DNA of 40,063 nt from Oscillospiraceae bacterium (GCA_031290595.1 JAITNG010000028.1:1-40063); one strand, 5' to 3'; shown: positions 15,260-23,410, numbered from the stretch's first letter. Notes: generated by a model not told the origin, from the letters alone. Program-made: numbers and translations.

Positions 15260-15817
15260 TCAGGGGCTTTCCGGCTCTTGCGGCACAGCCGCCAAAGAAC
15301 GTTCGATGGCGGCGTAGAAGTCTTTTGCGCCGTTGCTGCTTTCTTCCGGGCTGCCCAGGGCTTCCAGGCGGCGCAAGGCTTCGCAGCGGTCAAAAAACTT
15401 GATTTCCAGCCCGCCGCCCTTGGGGCGCTTGATGTCGCTGACGTTGAACACATCCATCTTTTCAAGCAGCGCCGATGTGGGGGTTTCCTCCAAAAAGAGC
15501 AGCTTCAGCGCATCCGTCCCCGCGCCAAAGGCCAGGCGGCGGTATCCCGCCAGCACCTCCGCCCGCAGCGGTTCCTCCGCTGTGCCGCTTGCAATTTCTG
15601 CGCGTATATCTTCCCGCGCCAACAGCTCCATCGCCGCGTGCTGCGGGGAACCTTTATAACCCGCCCAGGCGGCGGCCCCCGCCTCGTTGCGCGTGCGGCG
15701 GAACAGGGCGCAAAACAACAGCTCCTGCCCCGTGAGTTCTTCCGGCTTCTTTCCGTCATTGCGCTTCGGCAAACAAAACACCCCCTCACTTATCCCCACC
15801 AAAAGGCGAAAGCGCAT
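15260..15817 (-). CDS. terS: Phage terminase small subunit (Terminase_2-like)
   Basis: LTGQELLFCALFRRTRNEAGAAAWAGYKGSPQHAAMELLAREDIRAEI matches the HTH core of the family, and IKFFDRCEALRRLEAL matches the C-terminal motif. The start is uncertain. The ATG at 15817 has no RBS, whereas the TTG at 15772 follows GAGGGGG. The track start at 15895 is unlikely. Confidence 0.75.
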   Translation of the reverse strand: MRFRLLVGISEGVFCLPKRNDGKKPEELTGQELLFCALFRRTRNEAGAAAWAGYKGSPQHAAMELLAREDIRAEIASGTAEEPLRAEVLAGYRRLAFGAGTDALKLLFLEETPTSALLEKMDVFNVSDIKRPKGGGLEIKFFDRCEALRRLEALGSPEESSNGAKDFYAAIERSLAAVPQEPESP

Positions 15818-15941
15818 CACTTTTTTGATGCAGAATAAAAATTTTTTTGAAAAGCTGCTCAAAATCACGGTTTTTGCGGCTGCAAAAGCAAGCAAAGCCT
15901 TATCTTCCTCAAGTTTTACGTGATTACTTTTTACTTATTGC

Positions 15942-15970
15942 TTGCTATTCCCCTACGTCTGTGCTATAAT
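15942..15970 (+). promoter_or_regulatory. sigma70-type promoter TTGCTA-17-TATAAT for the permease gene
   Basis: Hexamers and spacer were read directly. It is divergent from terS. Confidence 0.6.
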
Positions 15971-16014
15971 CGTCCATATCAACCGAATATGGCGAAGAAA
16001 GGTGGATTTTCCTT

Positions 16015-17427
16015 ATGCAGCTGAAACCTTTGATCCGCGAAACCCGCAGACAGGTCAACCGCACTACCTCCATCCTCTTTTTGGTGCAGCTCTTCGGCGC
16101 CCTGGGGGCGGGCTTCTTCTTCGTCGTGCAAAACATCCTCAAGGTGGATGGGATGCTTGGCGCACTGGAACCAAAGAATGAACAGATTCTTTGGTTCATT
16201 CTTTTTTGGGGGACGGATTTTTTCATGATCTCCCTCAGCGCGGTGCTTTGTTACCTGATCGCCGGGCTGCCGGGGTTGGCGCCGGGGCTGGCGCTTGCGG
16301 TCTATTTCGCCCACTTTGCGGGCGACGCGCCCGTCACGGCGGAGGAGGGCTACTTCGCCTACTTCGCCACGCCCCTGCACGGCGGCGGCGGCGTGAACAT
16401 CGGTTACGTGAGCTACTTTTTGATGGCGCTGGTGTGCGGCCTGCTGATCAAGCTGCTGTATGCCGGTTGGAGCGAAGCGAAAATCCGCCTGGGCAAGCGG
16501 CTGGATACGACACTGGCCAAGCTGCGCAAAAAAATAAAGCTGCTCCCGGCGGCGCTCACGGGCGAACAAGTCCTCGAAAACGTCGATCTCATTGTGCTGG
16601 TGCTGATCATCCCGGTGGCCAGCGCGGCGTTCACCTTTGTGGCCGTCCGCTATGGGATCCAAAAGCCCTTCGGTTCCCTGGCCGGGGCGATTGTGGAACC
16701 CCTGCTCCGCCTGGCGGAAAGCCACATCCTCATCGTCGGGCTGATTTTGGGGCTGCTGGCGGGGTTCGACATCACCGGCCCCATGAGCATGGCGGGCTTT
16801 GCCGTGGCGACGGCGGCATTTTTGCAGCAGGGCGATGCGCGGCTGCTGACGATCTATGGCGCGTGCTTCATCGCAACGGGCTGGTCGCCGCTGTTCATGG
16901 TGCTGCTCGCGAAGCTACGCAAAAAACCCGCGACAGATACGGACGACATGAACTTTGCGGTGAGCGGGCCGATCAACGCCTTTTTTGAGAACATCAAGCT
17001 GACGGTGGCGTTCAGTATGCCCTTCGCCCTGCGCAGCCCGCTGACGGTGATCCCCGGGCTGATGGCCGGGAGCGCCTTCACCGGCTGGCTGACGGCGGCG
17101 GCGGGGATTGTCAACACCTCCTACCTGCGCGAATCGCCCAAATACGCCCGCGGCAAGGGCATGGCCGAACTGCTTGAACGCGGCGAAATCTACCTTTCGT
17201 TCTCGCTGCCCCTGCGTTCCGGCGATTGGCTGCGCTGCCGCATCCCGCTGTTTTTTATCATCCTGGCAGGTGGCCTGGTGGGCGGCGCGGTGATGTATGC
17301 CCTCCGGCTGCAACAGGTGAAAAACCAAAAAAAGCGCGGCACCTACGTGGAAAGCCAGGGCGACATCGTGCTGGAAATGCGGCTGTTGGCCAAAGAGCGG
17401 CTGCGGGGGGTGAAGGGCGAGGAATGA
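16015..17427 (+). CDS. Polytopic membrane permease, PTS fructose-family EIIC-like, 470 aa; no EIIA/EIIB nearby
   Basis: It has about 10 hydrophobic segments. GFDITGPMSMAGFAVATAAF resembles the EIIC-Fru GFDxGGPxNKxAxxF motif. This comes from memory only, so the family call is tentative. Confidence 0.45.
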   Translation: MQLKPLIRETRRQVNRTTSILFLVQLFGALGAGFFFVVQNILKVDGMLGALEPKNEQILWFILFWGTDFFMISLSAVLCYLIAGLPGLAPGLALAVYFAHFAGDAPVTAEEGYFAYFATPLHGGGGVNIGYVSYFLMALVCGLLIKLLYAGWSEAKIRLGKRLDTTLAKLRKKIKLLPAALTGEQVLENVDLIVLVLIIPVASAAFTFVAVRYGIQKPFGSLAGAIVEPLLRLAESHILIVGLILGLLAGFDITGPMSMAGFAVATAAFLQQGDARLLTIYGACFIATGWSPLFMVLLAKLRKKPATDTDDMNFAVSGPINAFFENIKLTVAFSMPFALRSPLTVIPGLMAGSAFTGWLTAAAGIVNTSYLRESPKYARGKGMAELLERGEIYLSFSLPLRSGDWLRCRIPLFFIILAGGLVGGAVMYALRLQQVKNQKKRGTYVESQGDIVLEMRLLAKERLRGVKGEE

Positions 17428-17449
17428 CAAAATGACTAAAAAAACAAGA

Positions 17450-17476
17450 CGCAGGGCAGAAAAGCGCTGCCCTGCG
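17450..17476 (+). terminator. Probable terminator hairpin CGCAGGGCAG-N7-CTGCCCTGCG after the permease gene
   Basis: Read directly. The T-run (TTTTTT) begins about 10 nt after the stem, so the efficiency is uncertain. Confidence 0.5.
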
Positions 17477-17504
17477 CAATTTCGACATTTTTTCGCGGAA
17501 TATG

Positions 17505-17533
17505 TTGACATACGCTTAAAAATGCTGTATAAT
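17505..17533 (+). promoter_or_regulatory. Perfect-consensus sigma70 promoter TTGACA-17-TATAAT at the edge of the low-GC islet
   Basis: Read directly. It lies about 170 nt upstream of the first islet gene. Confidence 0.65.
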
Positions 17534-17650
17534 AAGGTAAAGCGACAAATTAATCCCTTGATTTGCCGTTTGCATCATGTTAATACCATCCATATTATGG
17601 GGATTTACAAAAAATACCTTATGCATTATGATGAATTTAACGGTTTTCGC

Positions 17651-17679
17651 TTGCAAAAGGTTTGAATATTTGCTATACT
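17651..17679 (+). promoter_or_regulatory. Second sigma70-type promoter TTGCAA-17-TATACT, proximal to the first islet gene
   Basis: Read directly. It lies about 24 nt upstream of the GTG at 17703. Confidence 0.6.
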
Positions 17680-17702
17680 AACTATGTATCGGAGGATGGC
17701 GA

Positions 17703-18254
17703 GTGAAACGATGGTTTCAACGGCTCGGTATTGCAACAGCGCACGAACCCATCAAACGTAGGGAGCGTTGGAGCTTCATTTTCCAATCGGTTCCGATACT
17801 CTTGGTTTGGGGGTTGACGTTTTGGTTGCTTGGGGGACGCGAATCGGCGGTTTATGCGTATTGGCTGGCGTGGATGTCTTGTACTTGCGGATTGATTGCT
17901 CTTGCACTGGAAAAGAAAACACTTGATGCCGAATTCAGGAAGAGGACATATCATGTTAGAAAACTGCGAAAGCCCTTTGTTTTATTCCGTCTTCAAATTC
18001 GCGCGATACTCGTAATAGCTACGTTTGTTGCGAGTGAAGTAGTTGCCATTCTGCATCCAGCCGATCTGCTGAACAGCCTGGATGTGCATTCGTCCCTGGC
18101 TGTAGACAGTCCCACAGAGCAGTGGCATAAGATGTTTGCCGCAATTGTTATATTCGTTCTGTTCGTTTCTGAGATTCTTGACTTATCGCTGCGGCTGTTT
18201 GGGCTACGATCTGTCATTCGGTTCGACACACAAAAAGGAGTTATCCATGAGTAA
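17703..18254 (+). CDS. Hypothetical membrane protein with about 4 TM segments, 183 aa (low-GC islet gene 1)
   Basis: The GTG start follows GGAGGA with 6 nt spacing. It has hydrophobic segments and no recognisable family motif. Confidence 0.6.
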   Translation: MKRWFQRLGIATAHEPIKRRERWSFIFQSVPILLVWGLTFWLLGGRESAVYAYWLAWMSCTCGLIALALEKKTLDAEFRKRTYHVRKLRKPFVLFRLQIRAILVIATFVASEVVAILHPADLLNSLDVHSSLAVDSPTEQWHKMFAAIVIFVLFVSEILDLSLRLFGLRSVIRFDTQKGVIHE

Positions 18255-18426
18255 AGAAGGATTCACATTTATATTACCGGCGCTGATCGCAAGTTTGGTC
18301 GGCATAGTCTGCTTGTTCAGTTCACCGCAATCAGGCAAGATCAAAAAAAGAATGAGAAACAGGCGGTGCAAAATTGTGCAGCCGGAATATCATGGAAGTT
18401 ACTCCCCGGATGAAAACGAGGTGTGA
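18247..18426 (+). CDS. Small single-TM protein with a basic tail, 59 aa (low-GC islet gene 2)
   Basis: The ATG at 18247 overlaps the upstream stop (ATGAGTAA) and follows AAAAGGAG. The sequence is MSKEGFTFILPALIASLVGIVCLF...KKRMRNRRCK. Confidence 0.5.
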   Translation: MSKEGFTFILPALIASLVGIVCLFSSPQSGKIKKRMRNRRCKIVQPEYHGSYSPDENEV

Positions 18427-18438
18427 GGAGAATTGCAT

Positions 18439-19008
18439 ATGAACGGAGAAAAGGAACAAGGAGTCGCTGTCGCAAATTTGCTTTGGCAATATTACGAGTT
18501 AATAATCCAAAACGCGAAGCAGGGAATCAAGAAACTTAACCCCATTACAACGAAGGAAAAGAAGCGAGAATTTGTGCAGGGCTTCGTCGAAAAATACGAC
18601 GAATTCATAGAAAAATATATGGTTAAAAGAAGCAAGGGATTGGACGCTCATAAAGTAGCTGCGCTTGCAATCGTTCAGCTTTTGGCAATGGATTTGCTGG
18701 AAAAACCAGTGAAAGACGGTTACTACACCGCGCAAGAGATCGCAATTGACGTTGGGCTAACGTTCATGCAGGGGCAACTGGATGATACCCTAAAAAAGAA
18801 AGGGATCGTCCCGCCAATCACGCAATATGTGATGCCGGTTCCGTTTTCATGTGATACGCCTTATGCCGGGGTTCTTGCACGCGAGTTGGAGGTCGCCAAA
18901 GATTGCCCGCCCTTGCAGCGTGCTTTTAGCCTCGCCAACGAGCTGTTCCTACTTGAATATATTACGCTGTTGAGCAACCACATTGATCCGCAGCTGCTCA
19001 AACACTAG
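18439..19008 (+). CDS. Hypothetical soluble helical protein, 189 aa (low-GC islet gene 3)
   Basis: The ATG at 18439 follows GAGGAGA with about 7 nt spacing. No motif was recognised, and a good terminator follows the gene. Confidence 0.6.
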   Translation: MNGEKEQGVAVANLLWQYYELIIQNAKQGIKKLNPITTKEKKREFVQGFVEKYDEFIEKYMVKRSKGLDAHKVAALAIVQLLAMDLLEKPVKDGYYTAQEIAIDVGLTFMQGQLDDTLKKKGIVPPITQYVMPVPFSCDTPYAGVLARELEVAKDCPPLQRAFSLANELFLLEYITLLSNHIDPQLLKH

Positions 19009-19041
19009 CCCTTAAAAAATTACCCAAAAACACCACGGAAT

Positions 19042-19078
19042 CCGGCGAAAGATTTTCGCTGGGTTTTGTGTTTTTTTT
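19042..19078 (+). terminator. Rho-independent terminator ending the low-GC islet
   Basis: Hairpin CCGGCGAAA-GAT-TTTCGCTGG with one G:T pair, followed by GTTTTGTGTTTTTTTT. Confidence 0.8.
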
Positions 19079-19089
19079 CAAAGAAAACA

Positions 19090-19118
19090 TTGCGTTACAC
19101 CGCCATATTTGTTATAAT
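19090..19118 (+). promoter_or_regulatory. sigma70-type promoter TTGCGT-17-TATAAT for the PFOR gene
   Basis: Read directly. It lies about 57 nt upstream of the ATG at 19176. Confidence 0.65.
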
Positions 19119-19175
19119 ATTCTTCGTGTCAATGATTATTTTGCAGGAAAAACTGCACATTAGGAGGATGCACCG

Positions 19176-22100
19176 ATGGCCAGAAAAACCAAAACCATGA
19201 AGGGGAACGCTGCGGCGGCTTACGTTTCCTACGCATTCACGGAAGTCGCCGCGATTTACCCCATCACCCCCTCTTCCGATATGGCGGAAGAAACCGACCA
19301 GATGGCCGCCGCGGGCGTGAAGAACATCTTTGGGCAAACCGTGAAGGTGGCCGAAATGCAGAGCGAGGCCGGCGCGGCCGGCGCGGTGCACGGTTCCCTG
19401 GCGGCGGGCGCGCTGACCACGACCTACACGGCGTCGCAGGGGCTGCTGCTGATGATCCCGAACATGTATAAGATCGCGGGCGAGCTGCTGCCGGGCGTGA
19501 TTGATGTTTCCGCACGCTGCGTGGCCAGTCATGCGCTCAACATCTATGGCGACCACAGCGACGTTTATGCTTGCCGCCAGACCGGCTATGCGATGCTTTG
19601 TTCCGGCAATGTGCAGGAAGTGATGGATCTTGGCGCGGTGGCGCACCTTGCGTCCCTCAAGAGCCGTGTGCCGTTCCTGCACTTTTTTGACGGCTTCCGC
19701 ACGTCGCACGAAATTCAGAAGATCTCCGTGTGGGATTATGCCGAACTCAAGGATATGGTGGATCTGGACGCCGTCGATGCGTTCCGCCGCCGTTCGCTGA
19801 ATCCGGAACACCCCGTGCTGCGCGGCTCCGCGCAAAACCCGGATATTTTCTTCCAGGCGCGTGAGGCCTGCAACAGCTACTATGATGAAGTGGTCGGCGT
19901 CACTGAGGACTATTTGGGCGAAGTCAACCGCAGGATCGGGACGAACTACCAGCTCTTCAATTATTATGGTGCGCCGGACGCCGACCGCATCGTGATTGCC
20001 ATGGGTTCCGCGTGCGATACGCTGGAAGAAACCGTGGATTACCTGAATGCGCACGGCGAAAAAGTCGGCCTGGTGAAGGTGCGGCTCTATCGCCCCTTCA
20101 GCGCCAAGCATTTGCTGGCGGCGATCCCCGCGACGGCCAAGAGCATCACCGTGCTTGACCGCACCAAGGAACCCGGTTCCCTGGGCGAGCCGCTTTGGCT
20201 GGATGTTGTGGCCGCACTCAAGGGCAGCCGGTTCAAGGATCTCCCCGTCTACGGCGGGCGCTACGGCCTGGGCAGCAAGGATACCAACCCCGCCTGTACC
20301 CTGGCCGTCTATGCCAACATGACCGCCGCGCAGCCCAAGCCGCGCTTCACGGTCGGCATCGACGACGATGTGACCTACCTCAGTCTGCCGCTGACCAACC
20401 ATGCGGATACCGCCCCCGACGGCACGTTCAGCTGCAAGTTCTGGGGTCTGGGCGGCGACGGCACCGTGGGCGCGAACCAGGATTCCATCAAGATCATCGG
20501 CGATAACACCGATATGTTTGCCCAGGGCTATTTTGCATATGACAGCAAGAAGACCGGCGGCATCACCATCAGCCACCTGCGCTTTGGCAAAACGCCCATC
20601 AAGAGCACCTATTACATCAACAAGGCGGATTTTGTGGCCTGTCACAACCCCTCCTATATTGATAAGTATGATATGCTCAGCGACCTCAAGCCCGGCGGCA
20701 CCTTCCTGCTCAATTGCAGCTGGAGTGCGGCGGAGCTGGAGGGCGTCCTGCCGGGTGCGGTGAAGAAATATCTGGCCAAAAACAACATCAAATTTTACAC
20801 CATCAACGCCACCAAGCTGGCGGAAGAAATCCTCCGGGACGGCCGCCGCACCAACACCACGTTGCAGTCGGCGTTCTTCAACCTGACGGGGATCCTCCCG
20901 GCCGACCAGGTGATTGGCCTGATGAAGGCCGCCGTGACCAAGAAGTTCAGCAAAAAGGGCGATCAGGTGGTCAACATGAACCACGCCGCCATCGATGCGG
21001 GCTTCAACGCCACCGAGCAAATCGAAGTCCCCGCCGTCTGGGCGGATGCGGAAGAAACCGCCGTGGAAATTGAAGTGGCGACCGAGCGCGAAGATCTGCG
21101 CAAATTCGTCAGCGGCATCCTGCACCCGATCAACGCCCAAAAGGGCGACAGCCTGCCGGTTTCCACCTTCCTTGGCAGCGCGGACGGCACCTTCCCCCAG
21201 GGCAGCGCGGCGCACGAAAAGCGCGGCATCGCCATCGACGTCCCCGTGTGGGATCCCGCCAACTGCACCCAGTGCAACCGCTGTTCACTGGTTTGCCCCC
21301 ACGCCGTCAACCGCCCCGCCGTGTTGAGCGAAGACGAGCTGGCGGCTGCGCCACAGGCGACCAAGACGAAGGATTTCACCGGTCTGCCCGGCAAAAAATT
21401 CTGCATGGCCTTTTCTGTGCTGGATTGCATGGGCTGCGGCCAGTGCGCCAACATCTGCCCCGGCATGAAGGGCAACAAGGCGCTCAAAATGGTACCCCTG
21501 GCCACGCAGCTGGAGCAGCAGAAGGTGTTCGATTACACCGAATCCCTGCCCAAAAAGGAGGAAGTGCTTGCCAAGTTCAAGGCTTCCACCGTCATCGGCA
21601 GCCAATACCGCACGCCGCTGCTGGAGTTTTCCGGCGCATGTGCAGGGTGTGGCGAAACGCCCTATGCCAAGCTGGCCACCCAGCTCTTCGGCGAGCGGAT
21701 GTATATCGCCAACGCCACGGGCTGCTCCTCCATCTGGGGCGGCAGCGCGCCCAGCACGCCCTATACCGTGAACAAAGAGGGCAAAGGCCCGGCCTGGCAG
21801 AACTCCCTCTTTGAAGATAACGCCGAATTCGGGTTTGGTATGCTGCTGGCCAACAACGCCATCCGCAAGCGCCTGGTGACTTTGAGCGAAGAACTGCTTG
21901 CCCTGCACGCTGTGCCGGAACTCAAAGCCGCTGCACAGGCGTGGATTGACAGCCTGGACGACAGCGAAACCAACCCGGCGGCGGCCAAGGCCTACATCGC
22001 CGCGCTGGAAGACGGCGTGGATTTGGAAGAAAAAGATTTTATCGGCACGCCGTATGAAAGCTATTGGGATCAAGAAAATCAATGGTGCAAATGCGAAACC

Positions 22101-22814
22101 TGCACAAAAGCGCGTGAAATCCTGAAGGATGCGGATTACCTGGTCAAAAAGTCCATCTGGGCGCTGGGCGGCGACGGCTGGGCATACGACATCGGCTTCG
22201 GCGGGCTGGATCATGTGATCGCCCAAAACGAAGACTTGAACATCCTGGTGTTTGATACGGAAGTCTATTCCAACACCGGCGGACAGGCGTCCAAGGCCAC
22301 CCCCACCGGCGCGGTTGCGAAGTTTGCGGCGGCGGGCAAGGAGATCAAGAAGAAGGATCTCGCCCAGATCGCCATGAGCTACGGCTACGTCTATGTTGCG
22401 CAGGTGGCCATGGGCGCGGATTACCCCCAGACCATCAAGGCCTTTGCCGAAGCGGAAAGCTACAAGGGACCGTCCATCATCATCGCTTACGCCCCCTGCA
22501 TCAACCACGGCATCAAGGGCGGCATGGGCAACGGCATGGCCGAAGAAGCCGCCGCCGTGGCAGCGGGCTACTGGCACCTCTTCCGCTTTGACCCGCGTCT
22601 GCGCGGCATTGACGGCAAGAACCCCTTCCAGCTCGATAGCAAAGCGCCCAGCACGGATTACCGCGCTTTCATCGAAAATGAGGTGCGCTACAGTTCCCTC
22701 AAACGAGCCTTCCCCGCCAAGGCTGAAACGCTCTTCGATGCATCCGCCCAACAGGCGAAGGAAAAATATGAACACCTGGTGAAGCTCCAGGCGCTTTACA
22801 GCAACCAAGCATAA
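19176..22814 (+). CDS. nifJ: Pyruvate:ferredoxin (flavodoxin) oxidoreductase, 1212 aa
   Basis: The N-terminus TMKGNAAAAYVSYAFTEV is typical. There are two 4Fe-4S motifs, CTQCNRCSLVCPH and CMGCGQCANICP, and a TPP-binding region, GGDGWAYDIGFGG. The single-polypeptide length is characteristic, and RBS AGGAGGA precedes the ATG. Confidence 0.97.
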   Translation: MARKTKTMKGNAAAAYVSYAFTEVAAIYPITPSSDMAEETDQMAAAGVKNIFGQTVKVAEMQSEAGAAGAVHGSLAAGALTTTYTASQGLLLMIPNMYKIAGELLPGVIDVSARCVASHALNIYGDHSDVYACRQTGYAMLCSGNVQEVMDLGAVAHLASLKSRVPFLHFFDGFRTSHEIQKISVWDYAELKDMVDLDAVDAFRRRSLNPEHPVLRGSAQNPDIFFQAREACNSYYDEVVGVTEDYLGEVNRRIGTNYQLFNYYGAPDADRIVIAMGSACDTLEETVDYLNAHGEKVGLVKVRLYRPFSAKHLLAAIPATAKSITVLDRTKEPGSLGEPLWLDVVAALKGSRFKDLPVYGGRYGLGSKDTNPACTLAVYANMTAAQPKPRFTVGIDDDVTYLSLPLTNHADTAPDGTFSCKFWGLGGDGTVGANQDSIKIIGDNTDMFAQGYFAYDSKKTGGITISHLRFGKTPIKSTYYINKADFVACHNPSYIDKYDMLSDLKPGGTFLLNCSWSAAELEGVLPGAVKKYLAKNNIKFYTINATKLAEEILRDGRRTNTTLQSAFFNLTGILPADQVIGLMKAAVTKKFSKKGDQVVNMNHAAIDAGFNATEQIEVPAVWADAEETAVEIEVATEREDLRKFVSGILHPINAQKGDSLPVSTFLGSADGTFPQGSAAHEKRGIAIDVPVWDPANCTQCNRCSLVCPHAVNRPAVLSEDELAAAPQATKTKDFTGLPGKKFCMAFSVLDCMGCGQCANICPGMKGNKALKMVPLATQLEQQKVFDYTESLPKKEEVLAKFKASTVIGSQYRTPLLEFSGACAGCGETPYAKLATQLFGERMYIANATGCSSIWGGSAPSTPYTVNKEGKGPAWQNSLFEDNAEFGFGMLLANNAIRKRLVTLSEELLALHAVPELKAAAQAWIDSLDDSETNPAAAKAYIAALEDGVDLEEKDFIGTPYESYWDQENQWCKCETCTKAREILKDADYLVKKSIWALGGDGWAYDIGFGGLDHVIAQNEDLNILVFDTEVYSNTGGQASKATPTGAVAKFAAAGKEIKKKDLAQIAMSYGYVYVAQVAMGADYPQTIKAFAEAESYKGPSIIIAYAPCINHGIKGGMGNGMAEEAAAVAAGYWHLFRFDPRLRGIDGKNPFQLDSKAPSTDYRAFIENEVRYSSLKRAFPAKAETLFDASAQQAKEKYEHLVKLQALYSNQA

Positions 22815-22829
22815 AGAACATGAGGAAGA

Positions 22830-22864
22830 CCCCGGCCTGGCACAATAGCCAAGCCGGGGTTTTT
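22830..22864 (+). terminator. Rho-independent terminator of the PFOR gene
   Basis: Hairpin CCCCGGCCTGGC-ACAATA-GCCAAGCCGGGG with one mismatch, followed by TTTTT. Confidence 0.85.
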
Positions 22865-22940
22865 ACGTACCTGTATGTTCCGATTTTCTTCCAGGGAGTT
22901 CACACTCACTTGCTTTTTTGACCTGGTGTTCTGATCTTTC

Positions 22941-23081
22941 TTAGCCGCCGCAGGTGCAGCCGTTACTGCTGCCGAACAGGCCGTTATCGGCACAGCCGGT
23001 GTTGCAGTTGTTGTTGCCCAACCCGCCCAAAAGCAGGAGCAGGCAAAGCAGGGGAAGGAGCGAATTCAGGTTGCAGTTCAT
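22941..23081 (-). CDS. Tiny Cys/Gly/Asn-rich membrane peptide, 46 aa, YjcZ-like style
   Basis: The sequence is MNCNLNSLLPLLCLLLLLGGLGNNNCNTGCADNGLFGSSNGCTCGG. The ATG at 23081 is preceded by GGGGGG. The track ORF 22941..23129 has a spurious upstream extension. Confidence 0.5.
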   Translation of the reverse strand: MNCNLNSLLPLLCLLLLLGGLGNNNCNTGCADNGLFGSSNGCTCGG

Positions 23082-23208
23082 GAGAGGACCCCCCGTTTTA
23101 AATTTGTGCATTTTCGCTGCACATTGCATCTTATGCGCCGTGCGGCGGCACTATGCACGAGTGCGCGGTTTTTTTGATCCCGTGGGGAACCGGGTTTTGC
23201 AGGATTCC

Positions 23209-23334
23209 TTAGCCGTTGCAGCCACAGTTGTAATCGTTGCCGCAGGAATTGCCGGCGCCGCTGCCGCCGCCGCAAAGGAGCAGGATCAGGATCAGGAACA
23301 TGAAGCTGTTGTTGCCACCGCATCCGAAGCCCAT
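23209..23334 (-). CDS. Tiny Cys/Gly/Asn-rich membrane peptide, 41 aa; not in the ORF track because it is under 60 aa
   Basis: Hand translation of the minus strand gives MGFGCGGNNSFMFLILILLLCGGGSGAGNSCGNDYNCGCNG*. A strong RBS, GAAAGGAGG, lies 8 nt upstream of the ATG at 23334. Confidence 0.55.
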   Translation of the reverse strand: MGFGCGGNNSFMFLILILLLCGGGSGAGNSCGNDYNCGCNG

Positions 23335-23410
23335 AGTGTGAACCTCCTTTCTTGTAGCTTACATTCTCATGGTATGCGGCCGCAAGGGAAGAGGTTCCGA
23401 AAATCCCAAA

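Larger units (their letters stand above)
8611..15817 (-). mobile_element. Phage-derived head-morphogenesis and DNA-packaging module of 8 collinear genes, lacking tail, lysis, integration, regulation and replication genes
   Basis: The gene order is terS, terL, portal, protease/scaffold, MCP, adaptor, stopper and a neck-like fusion. It is bounded by the corA promoter region on one side and by a divergent permease promoter on the other. Confidence 0.8.

Noticed and set aside
8400-16014. Direct repeats (att sites) flanking the head module
   Set aside because: Comparing 8386-8610 with 15818-16014 by eye gave only a trivial shared heptamer (TACGTGA). This does not support an attL/attR pair, and it needs a proper alignment to exclude.
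19095-22808. Very long antisense ORFs inside the PFOR gene (19095..21215, 706 aa, and 21285..22808, 507 aa, both minus strand)
   Set aside because: They are Arg/Gly/Ala-rich, low-complexity translations opposite an unambiguous, motif-rich 1212-aa PFOR gene. This is the classic shadow-ORF pattern in high-GC DNA. They have no RBS and no motifs.
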